Assembly: GCA_043821705.1 (NCBI GenBank)
Contig: JBDRCN010000001.1
Location: forward strand, 74,133-138,132
Source: Candidatus Omnitrophota bacterium
Lineage (GTDB): Bacteria > Omnitrophota > Gorgyraeia > Gorgyraeales > Gorgyraeaceae
Direction of reading: 5' to 3'
Length of the DNA: 64,000 bases
Numbering within the stretch: position 1 is the stretch's first letter; every line of letters starts with the position of its first letter. The position numbers and the translations under genes were made by a program. Below the pieces are notes generated by a model. That model did not search any database. It was not told the DNA's origin and saw only the letters and a program-made list of their open reading frames with translations. This document shows, piece after piece, positions 31,790 to 44,370 of this stretch.

Positions 31790-32674
31790 GTGGATACAGA
31801 ACTTATCAAGAAACTCTTAGAAGCAGGATGCCATTTTGGCCATAATAGGAGCAGATGGAACCCTAAGATGGAGAAATTTATCTTCGGAGAACGAAGCAAG
31901 ATCTATATTATAGACCTTGAAAAGACAGCAGAATGCTTGAAAAATGCAAAGGAATACTTAAAAGAGCTAGCATCTAGAGGTGAAAGCGTGCTTTTTGTAG
32001 GCACTAAGAAGCAAGCCCAAGATGTTATCCAAACTACAGCCCAGGAAACAAATATGTTTTTTGTAAAAGAGAGGTGGCTGGGAGGGACTTTGACTAATTT
32101 TAAGACCATTCGCAATAGTATCAAGCGCCTTAAAGATATAGAAACTATGCAAGAAGATGGTACATTCCAAGCTATTAAAAAGAAAGAACGTGCGATACTT
32201 ACCAAGGAGATGGATAAGCTTAAGAAGAATCTTTCAGGTATCGTGGGGATGAAAAAAATGCCTGGGGCTGTGTTTGTAGTAGATGCTAAGAAAGAAGAGA
32301 TAGCTGTAAAAGAGGCAAAAAAGCTCTCTATCCCAATAGTAGCTATCATAGATACAAATTCAAACCCAGACTTGATCGATTATCCTATCCCTGCAAATGA
32401 TGATGCTATGAGGTCGATAAAGTTTATCACAGATTTCTTAAAAGAAGGTATCCTAGAAGGAAAATCTGAATCTGAAAAAGCAGGTATTATCGAGAAGGCA
32501 AAAGAGACAAAAGAAGAAGAGGGTTTCAAGACTGAGCTTGACGAGAGGTCAGAAAAGCTTGTCGAGAACCTGGATGTAGAGAAGAAATTTGAAGAAAAAG
32601 AAGAAAAAAAACCTGCTCCTAAGAAGAGGATTTACAAGACTATGAGCAAAGGCCCAGGCAAAGATAGTAAATAA
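31790..32674 (+). CDS. rpsB: 30S ribosomal protein S2 (with acidic/lysine-rich C-terminal extension)
   Basis: LLEAGCHFGHNRSRWNPKM signature. Confidence 0.95.
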   Translation: MDTELIKKLLEAGCHFGHNRSRWNPKMEKFIFGERSKIYIIDLEKTAECLKNAKEYLKELASRGESVLFVGTKKQAQDVIQTTAQETNMFFVKERWLGGTLTNFKTIRNSIKRLKDIETMQEDGTFQAIKKKERAILTKEMDKLKKNLSGIVGMKKMPGAVFVVDAKKEEIAVKEAKKLSIPIVAIIDTNSNPDLIDYPIPANDDAMRSIKFITDFLKEGILEGKSESEKAGIIEKAKETKEEEGFKTELDERSEKLVENLDVEKKFEEKEEKKPAPKKRIYKTMSKGPGKDSK

Positions 32675-32699
32675 TTTTTAGAAAGGTAAGGTAATAGAT

Positions 32700-34012
<1,313 letters not shown>

Positions 34013-34026
34013 AAAAAGGGGGTAAC

Positions 34027-34590
34027 ATGCTTCCTCTACAAAAAAAGATCCATGACATAGAAGAAAAGATGAAAAAAGCTGTCGATGCTACAGTGAGAGA
34101 ATTTTCTGAGATCAGGACAGGGAGGGCTAATCCAAGCCTTGTAGAAGGTATAATGGTAGAATATTACGGCACTAACACCCCTCTGAAACAACTTGCTTCT
34201 ATTTCAATACCTGAGCCGCGCCTTATTGCTATACACCCATGGGATCCAACAAGCATCCCTCTAGTGGAGAAGGCTATTTTAAAATCACAGCTAGGTATAA
34301 CTCCTAATAATGACGGTAAGATCATTAGGATAGCTGTCCCATCTCTTACAAGGGAGAGATGTGAAGAGCTGCAGAAGGTATTACATAGGATCGCTGAACA
34401 AGGAAGAGTTTCTGTGAGGACAGTTCGTCGAGATGGTATAGATTCTATAAAGAAAATGGAAGATAGTAAAGAAATACCAGAAGATGCCCGTTTTAAGGGT
34501 CAGGATGAGATCCAGAAATTAACGGATAAGCATTCGAAGAAGATAGACGAACTCTTAAAAGACAAAGAAAAAGAATTAACCCAGACTTAA
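34027..34590 (+). CDS. frr: ribosome recycling factor
   Basis: EIRTGRANPSLVEGI motif. 187 aa. Confidence 0.95.
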   Translation: MLPLQKKIHDIEEKMKKAVDATVREFSEIRTGRANPSLVEGIMVEYYGTNTPLKQLASISIPEPRLIAIHPWDPTSIPLVEKAILKSQLGITPNNDGKIIRIAVPSLTRERCEELQKVLHRIAEQGRVSVRTVRRDGIDSIKKMEDSKEIPEDARFKGQDEIQKLTDKHSKKIDELLKDKEKELTQT

Positions 34591-34599
34591 ATCAAGTGT

Positions 34600-34676
34600 G
34601 GGCCGCTAGCTCATGTTGGTAGAGCACCGCCCTTTTAAGGCGGGTGTGCCGCGTTCGACCCGCGGGCGGCTCACCA
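34600..34676 (+). tRNA. tRNA-Lys (anticodon TTT)
   Basis: Cloverleaf folded by hand. Acceptor GGGCCGC/GCGGCTC, anticodon stem CCGCC/GGCGG with loop CTTTTAA, T-loop TTCGACC, discriminator A, encoded CCA. Confidence 0.85.
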
Positions 34677-34753
34677 TTTTCTTTTAACAGGATTTGGCCC
34701 CGAGCATCTATGGTTTTTTATTAGGTTGCAAGGGGCCTTTATATTAACTAATT

Positions 34754-35185
34754 ATGAAACCCTACGAAATCATAGAACATACTGCTGATATAGGTCTAAA
34801 AGCTTTTGGAAAGACCCTGGAAGAGCTTTTTCATAATGCTGCTATTGGTATGTTTGATATTATAGGTGGTGAAGAAAAAGACCCTCCAAGAGACCTCGAT
34901 TTTAAAAAAGACATCAAGATAGAAAAAGATATAGATACCTATGAAGAGCTATTAGTCGTATTCTTAAGTGAACTCTTATATATAGCTAATAAACAAAAGG
35001 TGATATTTAGAAGTTTTGACATATTAGAGTTGGATGATAATGGCATCATCAGTAATGCTAAAGGGAAAAAACTAGCTTCCCTGGAAGATGCTTTTAAAGT
35101 AGAGATCAAGGCAGTGACTTTCCATGATCTAAAGATAGAAAAAGAAAAAGATATATATTATTCTACTATAATCTTCGATGTTTAG
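34754..35185 (+). CDS. archease (RtcB activator)
   Basis: N-terminal YEIIEHTADIGLKAFG signature and C-terminal HDLKIE motif. It is directly upstream of rtcB. Confidence 0.85.
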   Translation: MKPYEIIEHTADIGLKAFGKTLEELFHNAAIGMFDIIGGEEKDPPRDLDFKKDIKIEKDIDTYEELLVVFLSELLYIANKQKVIFRSFDILELDDNGIISNAKGKKLASLEDAFKVEIKAVTFHDLKIEKEKDIYYSTIIFDV

Positions 35186-36629
35186 CGGACTTGAAAAACA
35201 AGATAGCCTTAGATGGAGGATACCTCGTTCTTATAAAAGCGGGATGAGGGTACCAGGGCTTATCTTTGCAAGTGAAGCACTCCTACCTGAAATATTAAAA
35301 GATAATGCATTGGAACAAGTAGCAAATGTCGCGTTTTTACCAGGCATTGTACGATATTCTCTGGCAATGCCTGACATACACTGGGGATATGGATTTTCCA
35401 TAGGAGGTGTTGCTGCTACTGACCCTGAAATGAATGGAGTGATCTCCCCTGGAGGAGTGGGCTATGACATAAATTGCGGAGTAAGGCTTTTGAGAAGTGA
35501 CCTGACTGCTAAAGATATAACACCAAGGCTCGAGTCTTTAGTGAATGCTTTATTTTCTAACGTACCATCCGGAGTGGGATCGAGCGGTAAGATCATCGCT
35601 AGTGACAAGGATGAAGAAGAGATATTTGTTAAAGGTGCAGGTTGGGCAGTTAAAAAAGGATACGGAGTAAAAGAAGACCTGGAATACACAGAAGATAAAG
35701 GTGCTATTAGTGGCGGAGACCCTGACAGTGTATCCGGAAGAGCATATGAGAGAGGTAGGAGCCAATCAGGTACATTGGGCTCAGGAAATCATTTTATAGA
35801 GATCCAAGCAATAGATGAGATCTATGATGACAAGATAGCCAATATATATGGATTATTTAAAGGCCAGGTCACTATAATGATCCATTCTGGTTCGCGTGGG
35901 CTGGGTTATCAGATCTGCGATGATCATGTAAAGGGTATGATACACACACTTAAAAAATATAATATATCTGTTCCTGACAGGCAACTTGCGTGCGCACCAA
36001 TAAATTCTCCTGAAGGAATAAAATATCTAGCCAGCATGAGATGTGCAGCGAATTATGCATGGAACAATAGGCAGTGTCTAATGCACCTAGTAAGAAAGAC
36101 CTTTGAAAGAGTCATGGAAAAAAGTTTTTCTTCATTAGGGTTAAGCCTAGTATATGATGTTGCGCATAATATTGCGAAGATGGAAGAACATATTGTCGAA
36201 GGGAAAAAGAAACTCTTGTGCGTGCATCGTAAAGGTGCTACACGTGCTTTTCCTCCTGGACACTCAAGTCTGCCAGAAAGATATAAAGAAACAGGCCAGC
36301 CAGTTATTATACCAGGGGACATGGGTAGTTTCTCTTATGTGCTTTCAGGCCTGGAAGGAAGCATGGAGGAGACATTTGGGAGTACATGTCACGGTGCTGG
36401 AAGATGTCTTTCTAGGAAAGGTGCGATAGATAGATGCAGGGGCAGACAAATTGATAGGGAACTTTTTGAAAAAAGTGGTATAATAATAAGAGCAAAGACA
36501 AGAGCTACTTTAGCTGAAGAAGCACCAGAGGCTTATAAGGATATAGTAAGCGTAGTAGATGTAGTGCATAAGGCAGGTATTTCAAAAAAGGTCGCTAGAA
36601 TGCGGCCGCTCGGAGTTATAAAAGGATAA
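35178..36629 (+). CDS. rtcB: RNA 3'-phosphate/5'-OH ligase
   Basis: RtcB metal and GMP-histidine motifs [40 protein letters not shown]. Confidence 0.95.
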   Translation: MFSGLEKQDSLRWRIPRSYKSGMRVPGLIFASEALLPEILKDNALEQVANVAFLPGIVRYSLAMPDIHWGYGFSIGGVAATDPEMNGVISPGGVGYDINCGVRLLRSDLTAKDITPRLESLVNALFSNVPSGVGSSGKIIASDKDEEEIFVKGAGWAVKKGYGVKEDLEYTEDKGAISGGDPDSVSGRAYERGRSQSGTLGSGNHFIEIQAIDEIYDDKIANIYGLFKGQVTIMIHSGSRGLGYQICDDHVKGMIHTLKKYNISVPDRQLACAPINSPEGIKYLASMRCAANYAWNNRQCLMHLVRKTFERVMEKSFSSLGLSLVYDVAHNIAKMEEHIVEGKKKLLCVHRKGATRAFPPGHSSLPERYKETGQPVIIPGDMGSFSYVLSGLEGSMEETFGSTCHGAGRCLSRKGAIDRCRGRQIDRELFEKSGIIIRAKTRATLAEEAPEAYKDIVSVVDVVHKAGISKKVARMRPLGVIKG

Positions 36630-36642
36630 AAAGGGGACTATT

Positions 36643-37896
36643 ATGTTGGATCTAAAATTTATAAGGGATAATGTAGATTTAGTAAAAAAATCATTAAAGG
36701 ATAGAAATTATAAGTTTGATCTTGATGATCTGCTAACGTTAGATTCTGAAAGAAGAAAGCAATTAGCAGAAGTAGAGGTCTTAAAAGCAGAAAAGAACAA
36801 GAAAAGCAAGGGTGGCAAGCCAAACCAGGCAATTATTGATGAAATTAAGGATATGTCCCAAAAAATAGCTAAAATTGATGAAAAAGTGGAGGGGATTGAT
36901 GGAAAACTACGTATTTTAGCACTTACTATCCCAAATATACCTCATAAATCTACACCTATAGGGTCTCCAGAGGTCAATAAAGAGGTTAGAAAGTGGGGCA
37001 ATATACGTAAATTTGATTTTAACCCTAAGAATCATATAGAGTTAGGTGAAACACTAGATATACTTGATTTTCCACGTTCTTCTAAGATAAGTGGTAGTGG
37101 TTTTTGCTTATTTAAGGGTTTAGGAGCCAGGCTAGAGAGAGCTCTTATTAATTTTATGCTGGATCTACATACAAAAGAGCACGGCTATAGGGAGATATTT
37201 CCTCCATTTCTTGTCAATAGGCCTAGCATGATTGCTACAGGGCAGCTTCCAAAGCTTGAAGAGGATATGTATAAACTTAAAGATGATGATCTTTTCCTTA
37301 TACCAACAGCTGAAGTCCCAGTAACTAATATGCACAGAGATGAGATATTAAGCGAAGAAGATCTTCCAATATATTATACTGCTTATACAGCTTGCTTTAG
37401 AAGAGAGGCTGGGTCTTATGGGAAGGATACGAAGGGCCTTATGAGAGTACATCAGTTTGATAAAGTAGAACTTGTTAAGTTTGTTAAGCCAGAGAGTTCT
37501 TTTGATGAACTTGAGAAATTATTAAATAATGCAGAAACTGTTTTACAAAAACTAGGGCTCCCATACAGGGTGTTGATGCTTTCTACAGGTGATATCAGTT
37601 TTGCTGCTAGTAAGTGTTATGATATTGAAGCATGGGCTCCAGGTATTGGTAAGAACCTAGAAGTATCTAGCTGCAGCAATTTTACTGATTTTCAGGCACG
37701 TAGAGCTAATATAAAATATAAGTCCAAGGGAAATAAGAAATCTGAATATATCCATACTCTCAATGGTTCTGGAGTAGCTTTAGCAAGGACTATCATAGCG
37801 ATAATAGAGAATTATCAAGAAAAAGACGGAAGCATCACGATCCCAGAAGTCTTAAGGCCATATATGGATGGGCGAGACAGGATAACTAAAGAATGA
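36643..37896 (+). CDS. serS: seryl-tRNA synthetase
   Basis: N-terminal coiled coil ([10 protein letters not shown]). Class II motifs are present ([33 protein letters not shown]). Confidence 0.95.
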   Translation: MLDLKFIRDNVDLVKKSLKDRNYKFDLDDLLTLDSERRKQLAEVEVLKAEKNKKSKGGKPNQAIIDEIKDMSQKIAKIDEKVEGIDGKLRILALTIPNIPHKSTPIGSPEVNKEVRKWGNIRKFDFNPKNHIELGETLDILDFPRSSKISGSGFCLFKGLGARLERALINFMLDLHTKEHGYREIFPPFLVNRPSMIATGQLPKLEEDMYKLKDDDLFLIPTAEVPVTNMHRDEILSEEDLPIYYTAYTACFRREAGSYGKDTKGLMRVHQFDKVELVKFVKPESSFDELEKLLNNAETVLQKLGLPYRVLMLSTGDISFAASKCYDIEAWAPGIGKNLEVSSCSNFTDFQARRANIKYKSKGNKKSEYIHTLNGSGVALARTIIAIIENYQEKDGSITIPEVLRPYMDGRDRITKE

Positions 37897-38558
37897 GTGC
37901 CTTCTTAAAAGTAATACGTTTTCTGTTAAGCCTGGTCATTATCCCAGTATGCGTTATCACGACAATAAATTTTTATGACTGGGTATCTAGGATAAAAGGA
38001 GTGAGGGATACAGGTTTTATATTTATACTTGGTGCTTTTTGTTATTGTGCGGTCCATCTTATATTGTTTAAATTAGATTTTCTATATATTCTCGGACATG
38101 AATCAATGCACGCGATAGCTACTCTTTTCTCAGGTGGCAAAGTGCTTGGTATGAAAGTCTCTAGTAAAGAAGGAAGCGTAAAGACCACGACCCCGAATAC
38201 GATAGTAACACTTGCCCCATATATATTACCAGGCTATACCATCTTGATAGGTGTCATATATTTTATCTTGTCGTTTTTTATGGATACATCTAACTATATA
38301 AATATCTTCATTTTCTTAATAGGTTTTACACTGATGTTCCATCTGGCATATACAGCGCAGTCTATTAGAGAAAAACAGTCAGACTTGCTTAAGACAGGGT
38401 ATCTGTTTTCCATATCTTTTATATATTTAGTTAACATAATATCTGTATTTTTTATAATAAGCCTCTTCTTTAATGAGCTTATTTTTTCTGATTTTATCAG
38501 AGCCAGTTATGAAGGTTCAAGAGATTTTTATTATGGTCTCTTTGAACAGGTGTTTTAG
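37893..38558 (+). CDS. polytopic membrane protein with HExxH motif (putative membrane zinc peptidase, DUF3267-like)
   Basis: Five to six predicted TM helices. The motif HESMH lies at the TM boundary. No other recognisable domain. Confidence 0.4.
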   Translation: MSAFLKVIRFLLSLVIIPVCVITTINFYDWVSRIKGVRDTGFIFILGAFCYCAVHLILFKLDFLYILGHESMHAIATLFSGGKVLGMKVSSKEGSVKTTTPNTIVTLAPYILPGYTILIGVIYFILSFFMDTSNYINIFIFLIGFTLMFHLAYTAQSIREKQSDLLKTGYLFSISFIYLVNIISVFFIISLFFNELIFSDFIRASYEGSRDFYYGLFEQVF

Positions 38559-38565
38559 GAAATTT

Positions 38566-38655
<90 letters not shown>

Positions 38656-38740
38656 ATCCTTCGCCTTTCACGAAGGGTAAAATCGAACGTCTGGCTACGG
38701 ATGGCAGGCCAGTATTGGATCCAGCATATAAGGAGCAGAA

Positions 38741-39850
38741 ATGTTTAATCTTAAACGACACAGAAAGAGTTCCAGTGTATCTATGAAAATAGCAGTTATC
38801 GCACCATCATGGATACCAATACCTCCTCCACGTTATGGTGGCATCGAGATCGTTGTTTATAATCTCGTAGAAGGCTTGACAGCATTAGGACATGAGGTCA
38901 TTCTTTTTGCTCCTAGAGATTCAAATGTCTCATGCAGGTTTTTCCCTTATTTAGAACAACGCGAGTTTTCTTTAGGACTCGACTCTTCCCTCAGAGAAAA
39001 GGTCTTTGTCGGAGAATTGGCAAGTAAATACGCGTACTCAATGGCAGCGTATGAAAAAGTAGACATAATACATAACCACGTATTGACCACACCCCCAGTG
39101 GATATTGACATACCTGTTGTTCATACGCTCCATGGCCCAGCAAACGAAGCTACAATAAAAAAATGCGTTGAATTCTCAAAATCCTCCTATCATCATTTTG
39201 TCGCAATATCAGATAAGCAAAGAAAAAATTACATGACATTGAACAGTCACATTAATTTTATAGATACAGTCCATAATTCAATCGATGTGGGAGCTATTGA
39301 TTGGAACTCTGACAAAGAGGATTTTTTCCTTTTTGTAGGCAGGGTAAATTGGGAAAAAGGGCTTGAGATGGCCATACGCGTAGCGAGTAGAGCTAATATA
39401 AACTTAGTAATGGCTGTTAAAATGAGCGAGGATTTTGAAAAGGACTTTTTTAGACAGGAGATAAAACCGTTAATAGATAAATATCCTAAAGGCCTTCTCC
39501 TTAAACTTCATGAAGATCTGCCCAGGGATATGATACTGGACCTTTATAGGAGAGCCAAGTGCACACTTTTTACGAGTCAGTGGGAAGAGCCTTTTGGGCT
39601 CGTCATGATAGAGTCTATGGCATGTGGGACACCTGTCATTGCCTTGAGGCGTGGAGCAGTGCCAGAGGTGATAGCTGATGGGAAAACAGGTTTTGTGGTG
39701 GATACTGAAGATGAGATGGTCGAAGCGACAAAGAATATAGATAAGATAAGGCCCCAGGATTGCCGTAAGCACATAGAAGAAAATTATTCTAGAGCAAAGA
39801 TGGCTGAAAGATATATTGCTGTGTATAGAAAGATGCTTTCGGAGAGATAG
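38741..39850 (+). CDS. GT4-family (group 1) glycosyltransferase
   Basis: The GT-B fold N-domain with GG (YGGIEIVVYNL) is present. The C-domain carries the EX7E region EEPFGLVMIESMACGTPVIA. RBS AAGGAG lies 5 nt before the 38741 ATG. Confidence 0.85.
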   Translation: MFNLKRHRKSSSVSMKIAVIAPSWIPIPPPRYGGIEIVVYNLVEGLTALGHEVILFAPRDSNVSCRFFPYLEQREFSLGLDSSLREKVFVGELASKYAYSMAAYEKVDIIHNHVLTTPPVDIDIPVVHTLHGPANEATIKKCVEFSKSSYHHFVAISDKQRKNYMTLNSHINFIDTVHNSIDVGAIDWNSDKEDFFLFVGRVNWEKGLEMAIRVASRANINLVMAVKMSEDFEKDFFRQEIKPLIDKYPKGLLLKLHEDLPRDMILDLYRRAKCTLFTSQWEEPFGLVMIESMACGTPVIALRRGAVPEVIADGKTGFVVDTEDEMVEATKNIDKIRPQDCRKHIEENYSRAKMAERYIAVYRKMLSER

Positions 39851-39881
39851 GAAAGTGCCCAATGATTAATCAGGAGAGCAT

Positions 39882-41543
39882 ATGCTTAAAAAATTAAACC
39901 CATTAAAGACCAGATCTTGGGGATCATTAAAGAAGCATTTTGAGAAGATAAATTTTTTAAATATGAAAGACCTTTTCTGTGAAGACCCTGGGAGATTCAA
40001 TAAATTTTCTATCAAGTTTGATGAGATATTATTAGATTACTCAAAAAATATTATTACAGAAGATACTTTAAAACTGCTGATAGGATTGGCAGAAGAAGTG
40101 GACCTGAAAGATGCCATAGAAAAGATGTTTTCTGGTGACAGGATCAATGAAACTGAAAATAGGAGTGTACTTCACATTGCTTTAAGGAACAGATCGAACA
40201 CTCCTATATATGTACAGTGTCAAGACGTGATGCCTGAGGTCAATAGTGTTTTATCGCAGATGAAGGAATTTTCAGAAAATATCATAAGTGGAGCATGGAA
40301 AGGTTATGCAGGAGAAAAGATAAAAAATATTGTAAATATCGGTATAGGCGGCAGTGACCTTGGGCCAGTGATGGTCACAGAAGCACTAAAACCGTATAAA
40401 AAACAAGGACTAGACTCATATTTTGTATCAAATGTAGATGCTACTCACATTACTGAGACATTGAATGGATTAAATCCTGAAGACACTCTTTTTATAATAG
40501 CATCAAAGACATTTACTACCCAAGAGACCATGGCCAATGCTAATACTGCAAGGGAGTGGTTCTTAAGATCCGCAAAAGATAAAGGACATATTAAGAAACA
40601 TTTCGTTGCTGTATCTACAAATCAGGAAAAGGTAGAAGAATTCGGCATTGATCCAAAGAATATGTTCAGATTCTGGGATTGGGTAGGAGGCAGGTTTTCC
40701 TTGTGGTCTGCCATAGGGCTTTCCATAGCATGTAGCATTGGTTTTGATAATTTTTCAGAGCTTTTGGAAGGCGCCCATAAGATGGACAAACATTTTAGAG
40801 AGATCCCTTTCGAAAACAATATGCCAGTCATATTAGCACTTCTCGGTATTTGGTATAATAATTTTTTTGGAGCAGAGGCCAATGCAGTGCTCCCATATGA
40901 CCAATATATGCATCGATTTCCTGCATACTTGCAGCAAGGGGACATGGAAAGTAATGGTAAATACATAGATAGGACTGGCAAGGAAGTAGGGTATCAAACT
41001 GGGCCAATAATCTGGGGAGAACCAGGTACGAATGGACAGCATGCATTTTTTCAGCTTATACATCAAGGTACAAAATTTATACCCTGTGATTTTTTAGCAC
41101 CAATTGAAAGCCATAATAGAATAGGGGAACATCATAAGATCCTTCTTTCGAACATGTTCGCTCAAACCGAAGCTTTAATGAAAGGCAAGAGTAGGGATGT
41201 GGTCATCGGAGAATTGCGATCACAAGGAATGAGTGAAGACCTTGTTGAAACTATAGCATCTTTCAAGGTTTTTAAGGGCAATAGACCAAGTAATACTATC
41301 TTATTTAAAAGATTGACCCCTAGGACATTAGGGATGTTGATAGCAATGTATGAACACAAGATATTCGTCCAAGGAGTGATATGGAATATATTTAGCTTTG
41401 ATCAATGGGGAGTTGAATTAGGTAAACAACTTGCCAAGAATATCTTGAAAGAAATAGACAAGAAGGAATTTATCGATAACCATGACCCATCGACTAATGG
41501 ACTGATCAATTATTTTATCGAGGAGAATAAAAAGAATCTATAA
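39882..41543 (+). CDS. pgi: glucose-6-phosphate isomerase
   Basis: PGI signatures [10 protein letters not shown] and the catalytic region [18 protein letters not shown]. Confidence 0.95.
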   Translation: MLKKLNPLKTRSWGSLKKHFEKINFLNMKDLFCEDPGRFNKFSIKFDEILLDYSKNIITEDTLKLLIGLAEEVDLKDAIEKMFSGDRINETENRSVLHIALRNRSNTPIYVQCQDVMPEVNSVLSQMKEFSENIISGAWKGYAGEKIKNIVNIGIGGSDLGPVMVTEALKPYKKQGLDSYFVSNVDATHITETLNGLNPEDTLFIIASKTFTTQETMANANTAREWFLRSAKDKGHIKKHFVAVSTNQEKVEEFGIDPKNMFRFWDWVGGRFSLWSAIGLSIACSIGFDNFSELLEGAHKMDKHFREIPFENNMPVILALLGIWYNNFFGAEANAVLPYDQYMHRFPAYLQQGDMESNGKYIDRTGKEVGYQTGPIIWGEPGTNGQHAFFQLIHQGTKFIPCDFLAPIESHNRIGEHHKILLSNMFAQTEALMKGKSRDVVIGELRSQGMSEDLVETIASFKVFKGNRPSNTILFKRLTPRTLGMLIAMYEHKIFVQGVIWNIFSFDQWGVELGKQLAKNILKEIDKKEFIDNHDPSTNGLINYFIEENKKNL

Positions 41544-42236
41544 ATGAAACTATCTATAATAATACCTGTCTACAATGAAGCTAACACTTTAGATGATGTG
41601 ATAGCTAAAATAAAAAATGTTAAACTGGAAGATAATATAATAAAAGAGATTATAATTGTCAATGACGGCTCAACAGATGAGACCTACGATGTTCTAAGTG
41701 GATACGATAAAGACCCTCTGATAAGGACATACCATAAGAAGAAAAACTCAGGAAAAAGCGAAGCAGTAAGGATAGGGATAGAACATTCAGAAGGAGATAT
41801 CTTGTTGATCCAGGATGCTGATCTCGAGTATGATCCTATAAATTACTCTAAACTTATAGAACCTATCATAAAAAATAAGACAAAGGTTGTTTATGGCTCT
41901 CGCTTTAAAGGCTCTATCGAGAACATGAGGCTTGTAAATAGGATCTCAAATATTATATCAAATGTGACGCTAAGGCTACTATACAGAACCCATATAACTG
42001 ATGTTAACACATGTTATAAAGCCTTTAGAAGAGAAGTATTTAAAGATATCTCTATTGATTCAAAAAGATTTATGATGGAGACAGAGATCACGGGTAAACT
42101 TCTTAAAGCAGGTTATGATATACAAGAAGTCCCTATTAGCTATAGAGCGCGCTCAAAAAAAGAGGGTAAAAAGATCACATGGTTCGGGGCTCTACAGATG
42201 TACGGGGGTATAATAAAGTATAGATTTTTTGGTTGA
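41544..42236 (+). CDS. GT2-family polyprenyl-phosphate glycosyltransferase (Dpm1/GtrB-like), soluble form
   Basis: IIIPVYNE ... NDGSTDET ... QDADLEYDP motifs. 230 aa with no TM segment. Start codon abuts the pgi stop. Confidence 0.8.
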   Translation: MKLSIIIPVYNEANTLDDVIAKIKNVKLEDNIIKEIIIVNDGSTDETYDVLSGYDKDPLIRTYHKKKNSGKSEAVRIGIEHSEGDILLIQDADLEYDPINYSKLIEPIIKNKTKVVYGSRFKGSIENMRLVNRISNIISNVTLRLLYRTHITDVNTCYKAFRREVFKDISIDSKRFMMETEITGKLLKAGYDIQEVPISYRARSKKEGKKITWFGALQMYGGIIKYRFFG

Positions 42237-44370
42237 TAGAGACTACACTGTCTCAAAAAAACTTTCTATGTCAGAAAAAAAGATATCAGTAATAATACCA
42301 TTCTATAATTCCCAAGCCACATTGAAAGATTGCCTGGATAGCTTTTTCAAGAACTCATATAAAAATTTTGAAGTCATACTGGTAAATGATTGCTCTGATG
42401 ATGGATCTTTAAGTATTGCTAGGTCATACGAATGTAAAGTCATTGATCTTTTAGAAAGAAGAGGTCCAGCTTATGCTAGAGATAGAGGCTTATCTTTGGC
42501 AGAAGGAGAAGTAGTAGCTTTTTTAGATTCTGATTGTATCCCCCCAAAAGATTGGCTTATCAAGATAAGCTCAAAACTTACTAAAGATATTGTAGGGTTA
42601 GGTGGGCGATACGAATTCCCGCGGAATACTAATAAAATAGGGGACCTTTTTATGACTTATTGGGACCCAAAGAATATTTTTTATAAAGATCCACGAAAAT
42701 TAGTATCTCTCTCAGGGGGAAACTGTGCTTTTTGGAAGTCGCATCTATTAAAAGAAAGACCTAAAAGAGAGCTTGTGCATTGTAATAAAAGAGTGGGTGG
42801 CGATGACACCATAATGTGTTATGAACTTAGGGATCTTGGAAAGATAGTCTACGACCCAGATATTTTCGTTATACACAATAAAAAGCCTTCGCTTATAAAT
42901 ATATTCAAAGAAACTATTAAATTAGGTTATAGCGGAGCCACTGTTACAGCTATATGTGGAGTTTCTTTAATAAAAGAGCCTCATAGATTTTATAAAACTC
43001 TTACATATTTGACCTCTCTTGCTATAGTATCTTCATTAGTGGGCTCATTTTTTAATAGGAGATCGGGATCATTTCTGTTCTTTTTATTTTTTTATATAAT
43101 AATACAGAGTCCTTTTATATTTTTATTGTTTAAGAAATTTTCAAGGTCATGGATTGTCTTATTATACCCTCTTGTAACATTATTTTCTGATTTACTTAAT
43201 TTAATTGGTAATATAAAAAGAACCTTAGACGAAACCAAAAAAGTTATGGATTCTTTTTTATGGAATATTAAATTAGTGATAAATGCAATAAACTCATCGT
43301 CTTTGACAAAGATTTTTTTATTTGTAACAAAAAAATGCAATGCAAATTGTTATTTCTGCTTTAATAAGATCGAGGGAGTTTCACAGGCAGAAAAGGAGCT
43401 GTCCTTAAAAAATATTATAGACATTACATCTAAGATACATTTTTTACCACTTTTAACTATAACAGGAGGAGAACCATTTTTAAGAAATGACATATATGAG
43501 ATAAGTAAAGCTTTTTATACTAATTGTAATACAAGAAATATAACTATAGTTACTAATGGCGCTTTAGTCAATAGAATAGAAGAGGTAGTAGAAAAGCTTT
43601 TAATCGATTGCAGAGGTCTATATTTAACCATTATAGTTGCGCTAGATAACATATCTGAAAAACATGATTCTATAAAAGGTTTAAAGGGGTCTTATGAAAA
43701 AGCAATAACTACTCTTGAAAGATTAAGTTCTTTAAATTTTAGATTTCCAAAATTAACTCCTGGAATAAACACAACTATAATTAAAGAAAATTCCAGTGAT
43801 ATAGAAGAGATCTTAGATTATTTTAGTAGCAATATTAAGTATGGAAGACAATATCTGAATATCTTAAGACAGGAACCGTGCAGCATCGCAGAGCCTGAAC
43901 ATATCTCTATCGAGAGATATGTCAGTCTCATAAAAGATAGAACAATCCAGAAAAATACTAATTCTACCATAACATGTCGGATAAAAAAGGCATTTAATAA
44001 ATCAATAGTAGAAACTTTTTCTAACAGAGCGCTCAAAGAGTTTAAAGAAAAAAGAGGGATTAGCAATTGCCTAGCTGCTAGAAAATTTTTTGTTATAGAT
44101 AATGATACAAATGTTTATCCTTGTGAGCTATTACGCAATAAGATAGGTAATCTTGAAGAAGAAGGGTATGATCTTAACAAGATAATAGCTAGTATTAAAG
44201 CAAAAGAGGTTAGATCAAAAATTTATTCTTCACATTGTTATTGTAGATGGCCTTGTGCTGTTGCATTTAATGGATACTTTGACATTTCTGTATATCCGAG
44301 TATTATCTCTAGAGCACTTTCCATATTAAAAGACGGTAGATATGATAAAAAAACTAATAGACAAATATAA
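42229..44370 (+). CDS. fusion protein: N-terminal GT2 glycosyltransferase + transmembrane segment + radical SAM (CX3CX2C) + SPASM/twitch cysteine-rich C-domain
   Basis: GT2 motifs VIIPFYNS, NDCSDDGS and LDSDC (residues ~1-250). A hydrophobic block spans ~250-320. The radical-SAM cluster motif KKCNANCYFC and the SAM-binding TGGEPFL are present. The C-terminal cysteines CLAARKFFVIDNDTNVYPC ... HCYCRWPCAV are typical of SPASM/twitch domains. Confidence 0.75.
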   Translation: MVDRDYTVSKKLSMSEKKISVIIPFYNSQATLKDCLDSFFKNSYKNFEVILVNDCSDDGSLSIARSYECKVIDLLERRGPAYARDRGLSLAEGEVVAFLDSDCIPPKDWLIKISSKLTKDIVGLGGRYEFPRNTNKIGDLFMTYWDPKNIFYKDPRKLVSLSGGNCAFWKSHLLKERPKRELVHCNKRVGGDDTIMCYELRDLGKIVYDPDIFVIHNKKPSLINIFKETIKLGYSGATVTAICGVSLIKEPHRFYKTLTYLTSLAIVSSLVGSFFNRRSGSFLFFLFFYIIIQSPFIFLLFKKFSRSWIVLLYPLVTLFSDLLNLIGNIKRTLDETKKVMDSFLWNIKLVINAINSSSLTKIFLFVTKKCNANCYFCFNKIEGVSQAEKELSLKNIIDITSKIHFLPLLTITGGEPFLRNDIYEISKAFYTNCNTRNITIVTNGALVNRIEEVVEKLLIDCRGLYLTIIVALDNISEKHDSIKGLKGSYEKAITTLERLSSLNFRFPKLTPGINTTIIKENSSDIEEILDYFSSNIKYGRQYLNILRQEPCSIAEPEHISIERYVSLIKDRTIQKNTNSTITCRIKKAFNKSIVETFSNRALKEFKEKRGISNCLAARKFFVIDNDTNVYPCELLRNKIGNLEEEGYDLNKIIASIKAKEVRSKIYSSHCYCRWPCAVAFNGYFDISVYPSIISRALSILKDGRYDKKTNRQI

